This document shows, in pieces, positions 51,554-61,301 of a stretch of DNA of 64,000 nt. Location of the stretch: positions 43,323 through 107,322 of the IMG/VR virus record IMGVR_UViG_3300003872_000001. One strand, 5' to 3'. The stretch is from a virus. Below the pieces are notes generated by a model. The model ran no database searches and was not told where the DNA came from. It was given only the letters and a program-made list of their open reading frames with translations. Made by a program: the position numbers and the translations under genes. The first letter of the stretch is position 1. The number at the start of each line of letters is the position of its first letter.

Positions 51554-51595
51554 ATAATTACTTAGTAATGAAATCGCATCTCTAAAGGACTTTAA

Positions 51596-52425
51596 ATGAA
51601 AGCAGAACAAATAGATTTTAATATAGTAGTAAATTGTGGATATAGTAATAGGACTATAGCTAGATACAAAGATATATGCTATATAGGTTGTTTAATTATG
51701 CCTTAAAATGGGCTAGCGGTTATGATTATCTAGATATAGTTAAGTATTTAGTGGAACATGGAGCGGATATAACTGCTAATCATAATTGTGCTGTACGATA
51801 TGCTAGCAAAAATGGTAACTTAGATATAGTTAAGTATCTGGTAGAACACGGAGCAGATGTAACTGCTGGTGATAATTATGCTGTTAAATGGGCTGGTATG
51901 TATGGTTATTTAGATACAGTTAAATATCTAGTACAATGCGGTGCTGATGTAACTGCTGGTGATAACTGGGCTATAGTAGAGGCTAGCCGAAATGGTTATT
52001 TAAGCACAGTCAAATACTTGGTAAAATATGGCGGTGATGTAACTGATAGTAATAATATGGCTATAGGATCAGCTAGTGCAAATGGTAATTTAGATATAGT
52101 CAAATATCTAGTACAATGCGGGGCTGATATTACTGCTAATGATAATTATGCTATAAGATGGGCGAGCGAAAATGGTTATTTAGATACAGTTAAATATCTA
52201 GCGGAATGCGGTGCAGATATAAATGCTAAAGATAACTGTACTGTTAAATGGGCTAGCGCTAACGGCCACTTAGATATAGTTAAGTATTTAGTGGAACATG
52301 GTGCTGATGTAACTGCTGGCGATAATGGCGCCTTAAAATGGGCTAGTAAAGAAGGTCATTTAGATATAGTTAAATATCTAGAACAAGTAAATAAGGAAAA
52401 TGAAATCGCATCTCTAGAAGTGTAA
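51596..52425 (+). CDS. Ankyrin-repeat protein, frameshifted near the 5' end (possible pseudogene)
   Basis: Eight 30-aa ankyrin repeats (WASENGYLDTVKYLAECGAD) in 51676-52425. The RBS-bearing ATG at 51596 opens a 36-aa ORF that is one base out of frame. Confidence 0.8.
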
Positions 52426-52445
52426 GCCGAATTTAAGGACTTTAA

Positions 52446-53054
52446 ATGAAACATTATAACCCAACTGAGTTAGTACTTAACATGCCAGTTATGTATAGCG
52501 AAGCAGACAGTTCTGGTGATAAGTTACTCAATGGACATTTTGCATCTTATGATGTAGATGGTAATGCTTATGTATGGTCAGAAGGTGGAACTAGTTATAC
52601 TAGATCTATTAAATTTAAACAAATAGTTAAATGTAAATATTGTTTCCCTATGACAACTATGGATGAAGGCGTATTAAGAACTAAACTTATAAATGATGGT
52701 GGAGTTGATGTAGTTGAATTACCAGATGACTATGTTGAACCAATAACTTTAAAAATAACTACTAGATTCTATAAGACCAGGTCAGGCAATAGAGTTGAAA
52801 TAAAAGAAGAAATATCTAAGAAAAAATTTAAGTCATTCATAGGTGTAGTTACTATTCCAGCAGATGATCCATATGATAAAAAATTAGGTAAGTATGGTAA
52901 GATGGAATTTGGCATGTTTAATGTCGATGAAGAAGATGCTTTTACTTCATCAACTGAAGATGAATATCGAACAGTAACCTATAATAGAAATGGAACTGTG
53001 TACTCGAGTCACGATAAAGAACCTAATGCTGATGATATTGTTGGCTACTGGTAG
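52446..53054 (+). CDS. Hypothetical accessory protein
   Basis: 202 aa with AAGGA RBS. Confidence 0.6.
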   Translation: MKHYNPTELVLNMPVMYSEADSSGDKLLNGHFASYDVDGNAYVWSEGGTSYTRSIKFKQIVKCKYCFPMTTMDEGVLRTKLINDGGVDVVELPDDYVEPITLKITTRFYKTRSGNRVEIKEEISKKKFKSFIGVVTIPADDPYDKKLGKYGKMEFGMFNVDEEDAFTSSTEDEYRTVTYNRNGTVYSSHDKEPNADDIVGYW

Positions 53055-53113
53055 ATTGGTCAGCAAAAGATTCTAGGATATAATATGCAACAAAATAGAT
53101 TTGGGGATATCTG

Positions 53114-53398
53114 ATGAATACCCATGGTGATGATTATATAGTGATAGTAAATAGTGTTGATATGAGTACAGGTGATTTTACTTTTTTGGGATATCGAATG
53201 GCTGGTAGTGGCATTCGATATCCTGATATGAATACAACAGATATAAATAAATTAATAAACATCCTTAGGTTCCCTGAACTAAAAGAAGGGCGTATAATAA
53301 TGGATATAATATCTTGTATAATACCTGGTGTGGTACCTAAAGTTCATTGGGAAACGGAAGGGTTAGAAGGCACAACTAAAGATATACCATTTTCGTGA
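53114..53398 (+). CDS. Hypothetical protein
   Basis: 94-aa ORF with an uncertain start. Confidence 0.4.
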   Translation: MNTHGDDYIVIVNSVDMSTGDFTFLGYRMAGSGIRYPDMNTTDINKLINILRFPELKEGRIIMDIISCIIPGVVPKVHWETEGLEGTTKDIPFS

Positions 53399-53401
53399 TA
53401 G

Positions 53402-53435
53402 TTGATTCTAAAAAGAATTAAGTATATAATATTAA
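53402..53435 (+). promoter_or_regulatory. Conserved phage promoter, copy 3 (upstream of phuZ)
   Basis: TTGATT-ctaaaaagaattaagta-TATAAT-attaa. Confidence 0.75.
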
Positions 53436-53489
53436 AATAGAGATATACGTTGATCAGGTATATTGAATTTAAATACAAAGGAGTCTTAA

Positions 53490-54533
53490 ATGGCTAATAA
53501 AATAATTGTACACGCTTGTGGTGGTACTGGGATAAAGGTAGCTGATAAAGTTATTAATAATGTAGCGATATTGGGGGATGGGTTTTCGGATATTGATATA
53601 AAATATATTGATACTAGTAGAGCAGATATATCTAAAATAGAGCATGACCCGAAAGCATTTTGGCATATTAAATCTGCAGAGTTCGGAAAAGATACACTAT
53701 CTGGGTCTGGATCAGAGCGAAGACATGTATCGAAAGAAATATCTGGTGACATTGCAAACTATCTCAATCACTATAATCTTCAAAACTATCACGCTGGAGA
53801 ATATCATTTAGTTGTATTTAGTGCTTCTGGTGGTTCTGGTGGGGTTATTGGGTCATTAATAGTAAAAGAATTATTATCAGAAAACATGCCGGTGGTTGCT
53901 ATAGTTGTAGGTGATAGCAGTAATGGTTTGTCTGCTATTAATACATTAAATACCCTAGCCGGACTTAACAACATAGCAAATAAAGCTAAAAAACCATTAA
54001 ATATTATGTATGTTAATAATAAAGATTTTGCCGAGAATGGTATATTAAGCGGTATCGACAATGCTAATAAAGCTATCTTTTCTAGCTTATCAGTATTATC
54101 ATTATTTTTAAGTGGTGATAATGAGGCATTAGATAACCAAGACTTATCTAATATTATTGATCAGTCTAACTATAAAACTATCAACATACAACCTGGACTA
54201 TATGCATTATCTACATTTAGTGGTAAATCTACATTACCACAAGGTGCTATCCCTACAGTTGCTCGTACACTAACAATAGCTGGTGTATCACCAGATATAG
54301 GTATACAGCTACTACATCATAAGTCTGGTATAGTTACATCTGAAAATGCTAACAAAATATTTGGAAAACAATATCCATTGCATTTAGTAAGTAGTGCGAA
54401 TCTATTTAGTGTTGAGACTATGAATCTTAAAACAGTAACGGATGAATATTACAATATGATGCATAAAATTGAAGTACAACATGTAGAAGGTACATCAGAA
54501 TCTGATGAATCAGATGATGGTTTAGTATTCTAA
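53490..54533 (+). CDS. phuZ: PhuZ phage tubulin
   Basis: HACGGTG, IDTS, GSGSER, tubulin signature SASGGSGG, LDNQD and acidic DDGLVF tail. Confidence 0.9.
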   Translation: MANKIIVHACGGTGIKVADKVINNVAILGDGFSDIDIKYIDTSRADISKIEHDPKAFWHIKSAEFGKDTLSGSGSERRHVSKEISGDIANYLNHYNLQNYHAGEYHLVVFSASGGSGGVIGSLIVKELLSENMPVVAIVVGDSSNGLSAINTLNTLAGLNNIANKAKKPLNIMYVNNKDFAENGILSGIDNANKAIFSSLSVLSLFLSGDNEALDNQDLSNIIDQSNYKTINIQPGLYALSTFSGKSTLPQGAIPTVARTLTIAGVSPDIGIQLLHHKSGIVTSENANKIFGKQYPLHLVSSANLFSVETMNLKTVTDEYYNMMHKIEVQHVEGTSESDESDDGLVF

Positions 54534-54535
54534 GA

Positions 54536-54569
54536 ATAACACTAGTGGCATATTAGCCACTAGTGTTAT
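54536..54569 (+). terminator. Intrinsic terminator
   Basis: ataacactagtggc-atatta-gccactagtgttat. Confidence 0.8.
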
Positions 54570-54727
54570 ATCTTTTTCTATTATTAACCTTAAGGGTCAT
54601 ACACACAGTACCAATATAAATTGAACATGTGGTAATATGTTGATGGAGTAATACTCTGACCACTAAATCATAATAATGTTCCTTCTAGGTGCCTTAAAAT
54701 GATTCTGACAATATAAAAAGGAATACT

Positions 54728-55357
54728 ATGGCAACAACAATTGTAAAAGAAAGAATTATATTAGATCTTAATTCTATATTATATTATATAGAAGATATTT
54801 TAAAGAAATATATTCCCAATACTGAATTTCACAAATATTATAGTGACGATTTATTATACTGTAAAAGTTATCGATTTCCTATCACTAACAGAAGTGGTGA
54901 ACTTGATAAAAAGAACATTTCTAATAAACCATTTTATGCTATAGCAGCAGCATTTTTATTAAGGAAATTAGCTTTATTACAAATATTAGATGAGAATCCG
55001 AACCGTTCGGCGATATTTAAAAATGAATTATTAAATAACACGACTTCGAATATATATAACATTAATCCATATACTGACATCGCAGATATATACCAAGAAA
55101 TGTTTCCAGATATAACTATCATAGATTGTGGTAAAATAGAACACCTTATACAACCTGCAATAGATAAGATACTTAATGTTATTAAGAAAAATCCAGAAGC
55201 AGTTTACTCTATTGATATCGATACTAAATTTATTATTGTATTAAGACATGAGCATATATTGGCTTATAGATATAGAGAAGCTTTAGATTTTAAGCAGATT
55301 GCAGATGCTATAGAATTAGAACACCAGGAGGTATGTAATGTCTATAACAATAGATAG
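54728..55357 (+). CDS. Hypothetical protein
   Basis: Operon between phuZ and the DNA polymerase. Confidence 0.55.
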   Translation: MATTIVKERIILDLNSILYYIEDILKKYIPNTEFHKYYSDDLLYCKSYRFPITNRSGELDKKNISNKPFYAIAAAFLLRKLALLQILDENPNRSAIFKNELLNNTTSNIYNINPYTDIADIYQEMFPDITIIDCGKIEHLIQPAIDKILNVIKKNPEAVYSIDIDTKFIIVLRHEHILAYRYREALDFKQIADAIELEHQEVCNVYNNR

Positions 55358-55877
55358 AGAATTAATAGAACATGCTATAGCGACTACATGGGATGATTAT
55401 GATCAGGATGTAGTAATACTAGATTTATCATCTTTATTTTTAATGTCACCAACTCATTTATTAATTCCTAGAGGTGAAAACTTTAATATACAGACTTCTA
55501 TTTTTATACAAGAGCTAATAGAAATTATTACAATAAGATATGTTAATTTAGATAACTCTTTAGCTATACGGGAATTATTGTCTGATATCATTACAAAAGT
55601 GAATACTTCCACTATGAGTACTTTATCTTTACATACTATATTACATAGTAAAAACTATTCCTTTATACTCATTGCAAATAAAATAAAGAAGTTTATAACT
55701 CATTATTTTAAATTGGTTAATCGTTATGCTAAGGGTTATATAAATGCGTATACGGTAAATCAAGCATCAGAGCTTAATATGATTAGTAAACTATACATAC
55801 CTACAGATATAACTGTTTATATATCAGATGCGACTGTTCGTATGCAAAGTGTACTAATTCTAAAGACAAGACGATGA
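55338..55877 (+). CDS. Hypothetical protein
   Basis: AGGAGG RBS, overlapping operon. Confidence 0.55.
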   Translation: MSITIDRELIEHAIATTWDDYDQDVVILDLSSLFLMSPTHLLIPRGENFNIQTSIFIQELIEIITIRYVNLDNSLAIRELLSDIITKVNTSTMSTLSLHTILHSKNYSFILIANKIKKFITHYFKLVNRYAKGYINAYTVNQASELNMISKLYIPTDITVYISDATVRMQSVLILKTRR

Positions 55878-56242
55878 TAGTAAATAAAATCATAGACTTA
55901 ACTAAATTTAAAGCTATATGTGGTAGACTGGATACCGAATTATTCGAGTTATGGTTAGTGACAAATTTTCAGTTACATACAGACAAGAATATGAATACTA
56001 TTAAAATAGTTAATAAAAAAATAGCTAATGCTCTATTCAATAATGTAATTGAAGAAGATATAGGGCATAAAGAGATATTAGTATTTTATAAGGAAAAGGC
56101 TTATCTGACACATATTATAAGATATTATTCAATATTAAAACATATGATACTTAAGGAAGTATCTCCATATGTAAAGAACATTAAGTTTAAACAAGTTATT
56201 AGTGAGGAACCATATATGATAGAATTTGAGGTTACATTATGA
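55874..56242 (+). CDS. Hypothetical protein
   Basis: ATGA overlap with the previous gene. Confidence 0.5.
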   Translation: MIVNKIIDLTKFKAICGRLDTELFELWLVTNFQLHTDKNMNTIKIVNKKIANALFNNVIEEDIGHKEILVFYKEKAYLTHIIRYYSILKHMILKEVSPYVKNIKFKQVISEEPYMIEFEVTL

Positions 56243-56724
56243 ATCTAAGATCAAATATAAATAGAGTACTAGTGGAAGAGTATAAGTTAGACTTTGAAAA
56301 AGATAGGATATATATAGACATAACACTACCTATATCATTAATCTATAGGATTATAGATACAGGCAAGGTTAACATACTTGAAGTTAGTAAAATAATAGTT
56401 GAGATCATGATAATTAATTTTAAGTATAATGACTATCTAGGTATCGATAGTATTATAGGTTTATTAGAATATGAATTGGATTTGAATAATGGTTACGGTC
56501 AGACCGTAGATATGAATAATATATACACCATTATGATGGAAAAATCAGAAGAGTTTTCATTTATATATGAGTATATTTATAGTAGTATAGAAAAATTTAT
56601 AAAACCAGGTCATACAGTCGTTCCAATACAATGGGTAGGTGATAATTATTTTAATAATATGTCATTAGAGGTAGTTTTAACTAAACAAGATATAGATGTA
56701 AATCGACCAGGTTTGATTTATTAG
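56239..56724 (+). CDS. Hypothetical protein
   Basis: ATGA overlap with the previous gene. Confidence 0.5.
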   Translation: MNLRSNINRVLVEEYKLDFEKDRIYIDITLPISLIYRIIDTGKVNILEVSKIIVEIMIINFKYNDYLGIDSIIGLLEYELDLNNGYGQTVDMNNIYTIMMEKSEEFSFIYEYIYSSIEKFIKPGHTVVPIQWVGDNYFNNMSLEVVLTKQDIDVNRPGLIY

Positions 56725-56741
56725 ATGGAAAGGAGTGTAAT

Positions 56742-57128
56742 ATGGGCGAAAGGGAAATATACATTTTAAGGATGCCAGAGCTACTTAGACAGTTCTTTAT
56801 AGATTTTAAATTAGCCAGTAATAAAGTATTTATTAATACATTTATCGAAGATCTTACAGATATCGCAAAGTCTATGATGTATAGTACAGATGGTGTTGTT
56901 ACTATCGATACACTAATAACAGATCTTAAGTCCGTAAATTTAAATCTAACTCCAGAATTTATTGATTATTTTAATCGTATTATTACTGATATTTGTTTAG
57001 AACTATTACAGATACTTGTTACATATAATCTGCATAATAGGCTCTTTTATGTTGATGTGACAAATACCAGAGGGATAGCATTATTAACATATGATGGAGA
57101 GTTATATTCTCCTACTAGAAAAATATAA
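56742..57128 (+). CDS. Hypothetical protein
   Basis: AAGGAG RBS. Confidence 0.55.
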   Translation: MGEREIYILRMPELLRQFFIDFKLASNKVFINTFIEDLTDIAKSMMYSTDGVVTIDTLITDLKSVNLNLTPEFIDYFNRIITDICLELLQILVTYNLHNRLFYVDVTNTRGIALLTYDGELYSPTRKI

Positions 57129-57143
57129 ATAAGGATATATATA

Positions 57144-57539
57144 ATGGTTACATTTAATATAAATAAAGTGTATAATTTTAATACATTAGCGCCAGTTATT
57201 TTAGGAGATCGTTATGAAAATATGACTGTCTTAGGTATTCTAACAGCTGAAGAAGCTATGAAATATCGTGATATTTACACATTGCATAATAATTTAATTC
57301 CTGTTATAACAGGACTACCTGTAAACGCAGGAGATTGTTCATTTTTACTATTAGAGAATACTAGTAAAGAAACTACGGTTCTAGCTATAGAATACATAGA
57401 TCCGGTCTCAGTGCAATTGGTTACATCTGTTAATATACGAGCAGATATAATGAATGTGTCCACAAATGACTTAGTTATCATTACATCATTATTGAAAGGT
57501 GCTGGTTATTATAATATAAATCTTTCAACATTCCAATAG
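57144..57539 (+). CDS. Conserved protein, phiKZ gp49-like
   Basis: YNFNTLAPVILG motif; immediately precedes the gp50-like polymerase. Confidence 0.55.
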   Translation: MVTFNINKVYNFNTLAPVILGDRYENMTVLGILTAEEAMKYRDIYTLHNNLIPVITGLPVNAGDCSFLLLENTSKETTVLAIEYIDPVSVQLVTSVNIRADIMNVSTNDLVIITSLLKGAGYYNINLSTFQ

Positions 57540-57571
57540 ATATCAGTAGCTTAGTTGGCTACTGATATCTA
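57537..57571 (+). terminator. Intrinsic terminator
   Basis: tagatatcagtagc-ttagttg-gctactgatatcta. Confidence 0.7.
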
Positions 57572-57630
57572 GATTAAATCTTGATTTAAATTCTTAATTT
57601 ACTAACTTAAATGATTAAAAGGAGAAGAAT

Positions 57631-59742
57631 ATGTCACAAGTATTTAAACGAGATATTGATAGTTATCAACGATTACCAGACCCAGTTACGTGTTATATAA
57701 AAGATGCAGCTATTGCGTTATCTAAACGTAATAATAAATCTATAGAAGAAAACACTTTAATAGTTAAAAAGTTATTAACTAGTAGTGACATAAAAAATCC
57801 AGAAGTAACATTTAGAGAGACATTATCAAATGGAGATAGACAAACAAATACTGACAAATTAAGTGGGTATATAAAGCATATAAGAACAGATGCTGTTGTT
57901 ACGGCTCCGTCGTTTACATCTTATGTTCATCCAGATATAGCGAAGTCTTTACAAGCCGGATTTTTAGATAAAAATATTGCTTTAAGAAAAAGCGATAAAG
58001 CTAATGCGTTTCTATATAGACAAAAAGGCGATACTGATAAATTTATTTATTATAACACATTACAAAAAACAAGAAAGATATTTAATAACTCATTAAGTGG
58101 TGCATATGCTAGTAAGAGTACTATATTATATACACCTAGTGCACACTATACATTGACATCTACTACTAGACAGGTAGCTTCTATAGGTAATGCTATAAGT
58201 GAATCCATTATTGCTGGTAATAGGTTATATAAAGATTCAGATTCTGTTATTAACCATATATTAACATTGTGTAGATTTACAACACCTAGTGTTAAAACTG
58301 TAGTGGATTCATATCATTTGCATATTCCAACAACTGATGAGGTTATAGGAATTCTAAAAGCATCATCTGATAACTATTTCTTAGATGATACTGCATATAA
58401 GACTATAAGATCAATAATAGAAAATTGTAGTAAATACGAAAAATGCAATATAGTTTACAATAATGATCTTTGGAATTTAAAGGAGTTTAATCCAGATTTA
58501 ATTAAAGATTTTATTACAAAAATAATAAATAATGTCGTATTACCAATAAATGAGTTAGGAGATGTAGACTCTATACTAAATACAGCTGATGAAGGTATAC
58601 TCAACCTTTTATATCATTTGAATACTGAAATCTTAAGAGGTCAAGATAGACGAAAATGGTCTATTGAGATTAAACAAGTCATGGCATCTGGTGTGATTCA
58701 TGTTGAAAAATGCTTATTAGAATATGAGTTACTATTATCGACATTCTTAGTGACAGATGTATTACCTCCTAATATAGCATATATAAAAGATATGCTTCGT
58801 GATTGTATTGTGCTTAGTGATACTGATAGTACGGTGGCGTCTTATGACCAATGGAGTGATTGGTACTTCGGTAAACCTACCTTTGGACCAGAGGCTACTC
58901 AAGTTACAGCTGTAGTTATGACTATAACCACACAAGTCATGGATCATTATATAAAAATGTTTGCTAGTAATATGAATGTTGCTAAAAGTAATATGAATAC
59001 ATTAGTTATGAAGAATGAGTTCTATTGGTCTTCATTTAGTGCAGCTAATGTTAGTAAACACTATTATGCACAGATAATAATACAAGAAGGTAATGTGTTA
59101 CCAGAGCCAACACTAGAGTTAAAAGGTGTACATTTAATAGCATCAAAAAGTTCTAAAAGTATAAGGACTTCCGGACTAGAACTGATTAATACCATACAAG
59201 ATGCTATAAATAATGGTACTAAAATATCATTGACAAATTGCGCAACTAAAGTTGCGGATATAGAAAGAGAAATAATCAAACGTGCTAAGAACGGTGATAT
59301 AGATATATTTGATATGGAGAAGATAAAGGAAGAAAGTGCATATAAAAATGAAGCTAGTATGTCTCCATATCTACATCACTTATTGTGGAAAGATGTATTT
59401 AGTCAAAAATATGGTTCATCTGATGAACCGCAATACATGGTGTTAAAAATACCGACTCGTAATATGTCTAAACGTAAAATGAATAATTTCTTAGAAACTA
59501 TAGAAGATATAGAATTAAAAGAGAGATTAACATTATTTATAAAAAAATATAATAAGGAGCAAATAACTACATTTAAAGTACCATTAACTATAGCTGCTGA
59601 AAGTGGTGTGCCTGCAGAAATGTTATTGAATTTAGATATAGAACGACTAGTATCAACTAGTTGTAATATGTTATATGTAATATTAGAAACTATAGGTTTC
59701 TATAGGAAGAAGGAATTACTAGTTAGTCAAATGGGATATTGA
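57631..59742 (+). CDS. Family B DNA polymerase, polymerase subunit (phiKZ gp50-like)
   Basis: Motif B QKTRKIFNNSLSGAY, motif C SDTDS, MKNEF, KHYY, ELKGV. No exonuclease domain, consistent with a split polymerase. Confidence 0.85.
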   Translation: MSQVFKRDIDSYQRLPDPVTCYIKDAAIALSKRNNKSIEENTLIVKKLLTSSDIKNPEVTFRETLSNGDRQTNTDKLSGYIKHIRTDAVVTAPSFTSYVHPDIAKSLQAGFLDKNIALRKSDKANAFLYRQKGDTDKFIYYNTLQKTRKIFNNSLSGAYASKSTILYTPSAHYTLTSTTRQVASIGNAISESIIAGNRLYKDSDSVINHILTLCRFTTPSVKTVVDSYHLHIPTTDEVIGILKASSDNYFLDDTAYKTIRSIIENCSKYEKCNIVYNNDLWNLKEFNPDLIKDFITKIINNVVLPINELGDVDSILNTADEGILNLLYHLNTEILRGQDRRKWSIEIKQVMASGVIHVEKCLLEYELLLSTFLVTDVLPPNIAYIKDMLRDCIVLSDTDSTVASYDQWSDWYFGKPTFGPEATQVTAVVMTITTQVMDHYIKMFASNMNVAKSNMNTLVMKNEFYWSSFSAANVSKHYYAQIIIQEGNVLPEPTLELKGVHLIASKSSKSIRTSGLELINTIQDAINNGTKISLTNCATKVADIEREIIKRAKNGDIDIFDMEKIKEESAYKNEASMSPYLHHLLWKDVFSQKYGSSDEPQYMVLKIPTRNMSKRKMNNFLETIEDIELKERLTLFIKKYNKEQITTFKVPLTIAAESGVPAEMLLNLDIERLVSTSCNMLYVILETIGFYRKKELLVSQMGY

Positions 59743-59788
59743 TAATATCTATATTAACTTTCTGTTTGCTAGTAAGAAGTAGACTATA

Positions 59789-59822
59789 TTGATTCTAAAA
59801 AGAATTAAATATATAATATTAA
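59789..59822 (+). promoter_or_regulatory. Conserved phage promoter, copy 4
   Basis: TTGATT-ctaaaaagaattaaata-TATAAT-attaa. Confidence 0.75.
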
Positions 59823-59863
59823 ATTGTACACCTAGTATAAGATTAAATAAATAAGGATAAAAA

Positions 59864-60322
59864 ATGAGTAATGTTCTAAGTGAAGAAGCGTTGATGGTTA
59901 ACACTATGGTGTTTTTATTAATATTTTCAATCGATGATAAAGACACTCGCGGTAAAAGAGTTAGGAAGAAAATAGTAAGGAATATTAAATTTAAATTAGC
60001 TCAATTTAGAAATGAGAATAATCCTACTAGATACTTAGAGTTAGTTAATAAGGCGAGTGTAATATTAAAAGAAGTTAGTGACGCGACAGTTGAGAAGTCC
60101 ATTACACCATCAGCTATGCTAAACTTATTGTATTTCAAATACCCAGAGTTAGTAAAGGAACTAAATATATCAGTAAGAGATAAAGATAATTTAACAAAAG
60201 CATATACAGGTATTAACCTAACATGGCAAACAGTGAAATATACTAATAGACTAGTAGAGAAAATTAAAGAATATTTAGGAATATATATTCCTGTATGGGT
60301 CGATGAAGATATAGCATCATAG
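59864..60322 (+). CDS. Hypothetical protein, probably early
   Basis: 152 aa with AAGGA RBS. Confidence 0.6.
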   Translation: MSNVLSEEALMVNTMVFLLIFSIDDKDTRGKRVRKKIVRNIKFKLAQFRNENNPTRYLELVNKASVILKEVSDATVEKSITPSAMLNLLYFKYPELVKELNISVRDKDNLTKAYTGINLTWQTVKYTNRLVEKIKEYLGIYIPVWVDEDIAS

Positions 60323-60323
60323 G

Positions 60324-60355
60324 TTACTTTCCTCTAGCTAACTAGAGGAAAGTAA
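60324..60355 (+). terminator. Intrinsic terminator/hairpin
   Basis: ttactttcctctag-ctaa-ctagaggaaagtaa. Confidence 0.7.
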
Positions 60356-60388
60356 GGTAATCATAATAAAAATTAAAAGGAATACAAT

Positions 60389-60835
60389 ATGTTTATCATG
60401 ACTAAAAAAAGTCGTGTGGGTATTATCCTAACAACTATCTTAGAAGATGATATAGAGGTTGCTAATATCGTTTATAGGAATACCGATAATGGTAAGTTTA
60501 CTGTAGAGGTCGCACTCACTTTTTTAGATGGTGTCCATGTTATTGGGAAATGGACTCGTGTTGAGAAACCGCCATTAGTATTTCTCAGGGGATATATCCA
60601 AGAACTTTTAAAGTATTTAGAAAGGTTTGATATCACTAAGATGTCAGTTAATTCGAAGGAGTACAACGAAGTAATTGAAAAACTTCAATCACTTCGTCAA
60701 GAGATGTTAACATCCCGAGCAAAGTATTACGCCATCAGCAAGAATACTAGATCTAAACACAGTACTATCAAAAGACGTATAATTTTTGATAGCACTGTTA
60801 CTGTTTACACTATAACAAAATGTAATCAACATTAG
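60389..60835 (+). CDS. Hypothetical protein
   Basis: 148 aa with AAGGA RBS. Confidence 0.55.
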   Translation: MFIMTKKSRVGIILTTILEDDIEVANIVYRNTDNGKFTVEVALTFLDGVHVIGKWTRVEKPPLVFLRGYIQELLKYLERFDITKMSVNSKEYNEVIEKLQSLRQEMLTSRAKYYAISKNTRSKHSTIKRRIIFDSTVTVYTITKCNQH

Positions 60836-60912
60836 GCTGGGTATGAAATGTGGCAAAATAAAAGGAGAACTACATCTAATAAAAAATAATAAAGAAATCA
60901 AAATAAGGACAC

Positions 60913-61278
60913 ATGATGAATTTAAAAATGTACATACTTGATTTATTAAAAAATCAAAAAGATATTATTGCATATAATATAGGTATTGTGGCAACAATTA
61001 TAACTAATGGTGATAACCCAGCTTTGGATCCTATTCCGACAAAACTTGTATTACCAGATAACATTATCTTAAATATTGAGTATAAAGCAATTAATAATAG
61101 AATGAGCTTGTTGGTAACACCTGAACCAGGCACAGAATATGTGTTTCAAGATAATAAACCTGTAACAATACGACTGAATAATCCAGATATGGATATTATC
61201 TTAAGTAATTTAGCTACTATTATTGTTAATAGGTTTAATATCGGAACCTCTAATCAACTTCAAATAGCAATAAAGTAA
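60913..61278 (+). CDS. Hypothetical protein
   Basis: 121 aa with AAGGA RBS. Confidence 0.55.
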   Translation: MMNLKMYILDLLKNQKDIIAYNIGIVATIITNGDNPALDPIPTKLVLPDNIILNIEYKAINNRMSLLVTPEPGTEYVFQDNKPVTIRLNNPDMDIILSNLATIIVNRFNIGTSNQLQIAIK

Positions 61279-61301
61279 AAAGAAAGAAAGGATACTTTAA
61301 A

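Noticed and set aside
51676-52425. Diversity-generating retroelement TR/VR pair among the ankyrin repeats
   Set aside because: Differences between repeats are not adenine-specific and no reverse transcriptase is present in the window.
57631-59742. Truncated or defective DNA polymerase lacking an exonuclease domain
   Set aside because: phiKZ-like phages encode the family-B polymerase as two separate genes, so this is expected.
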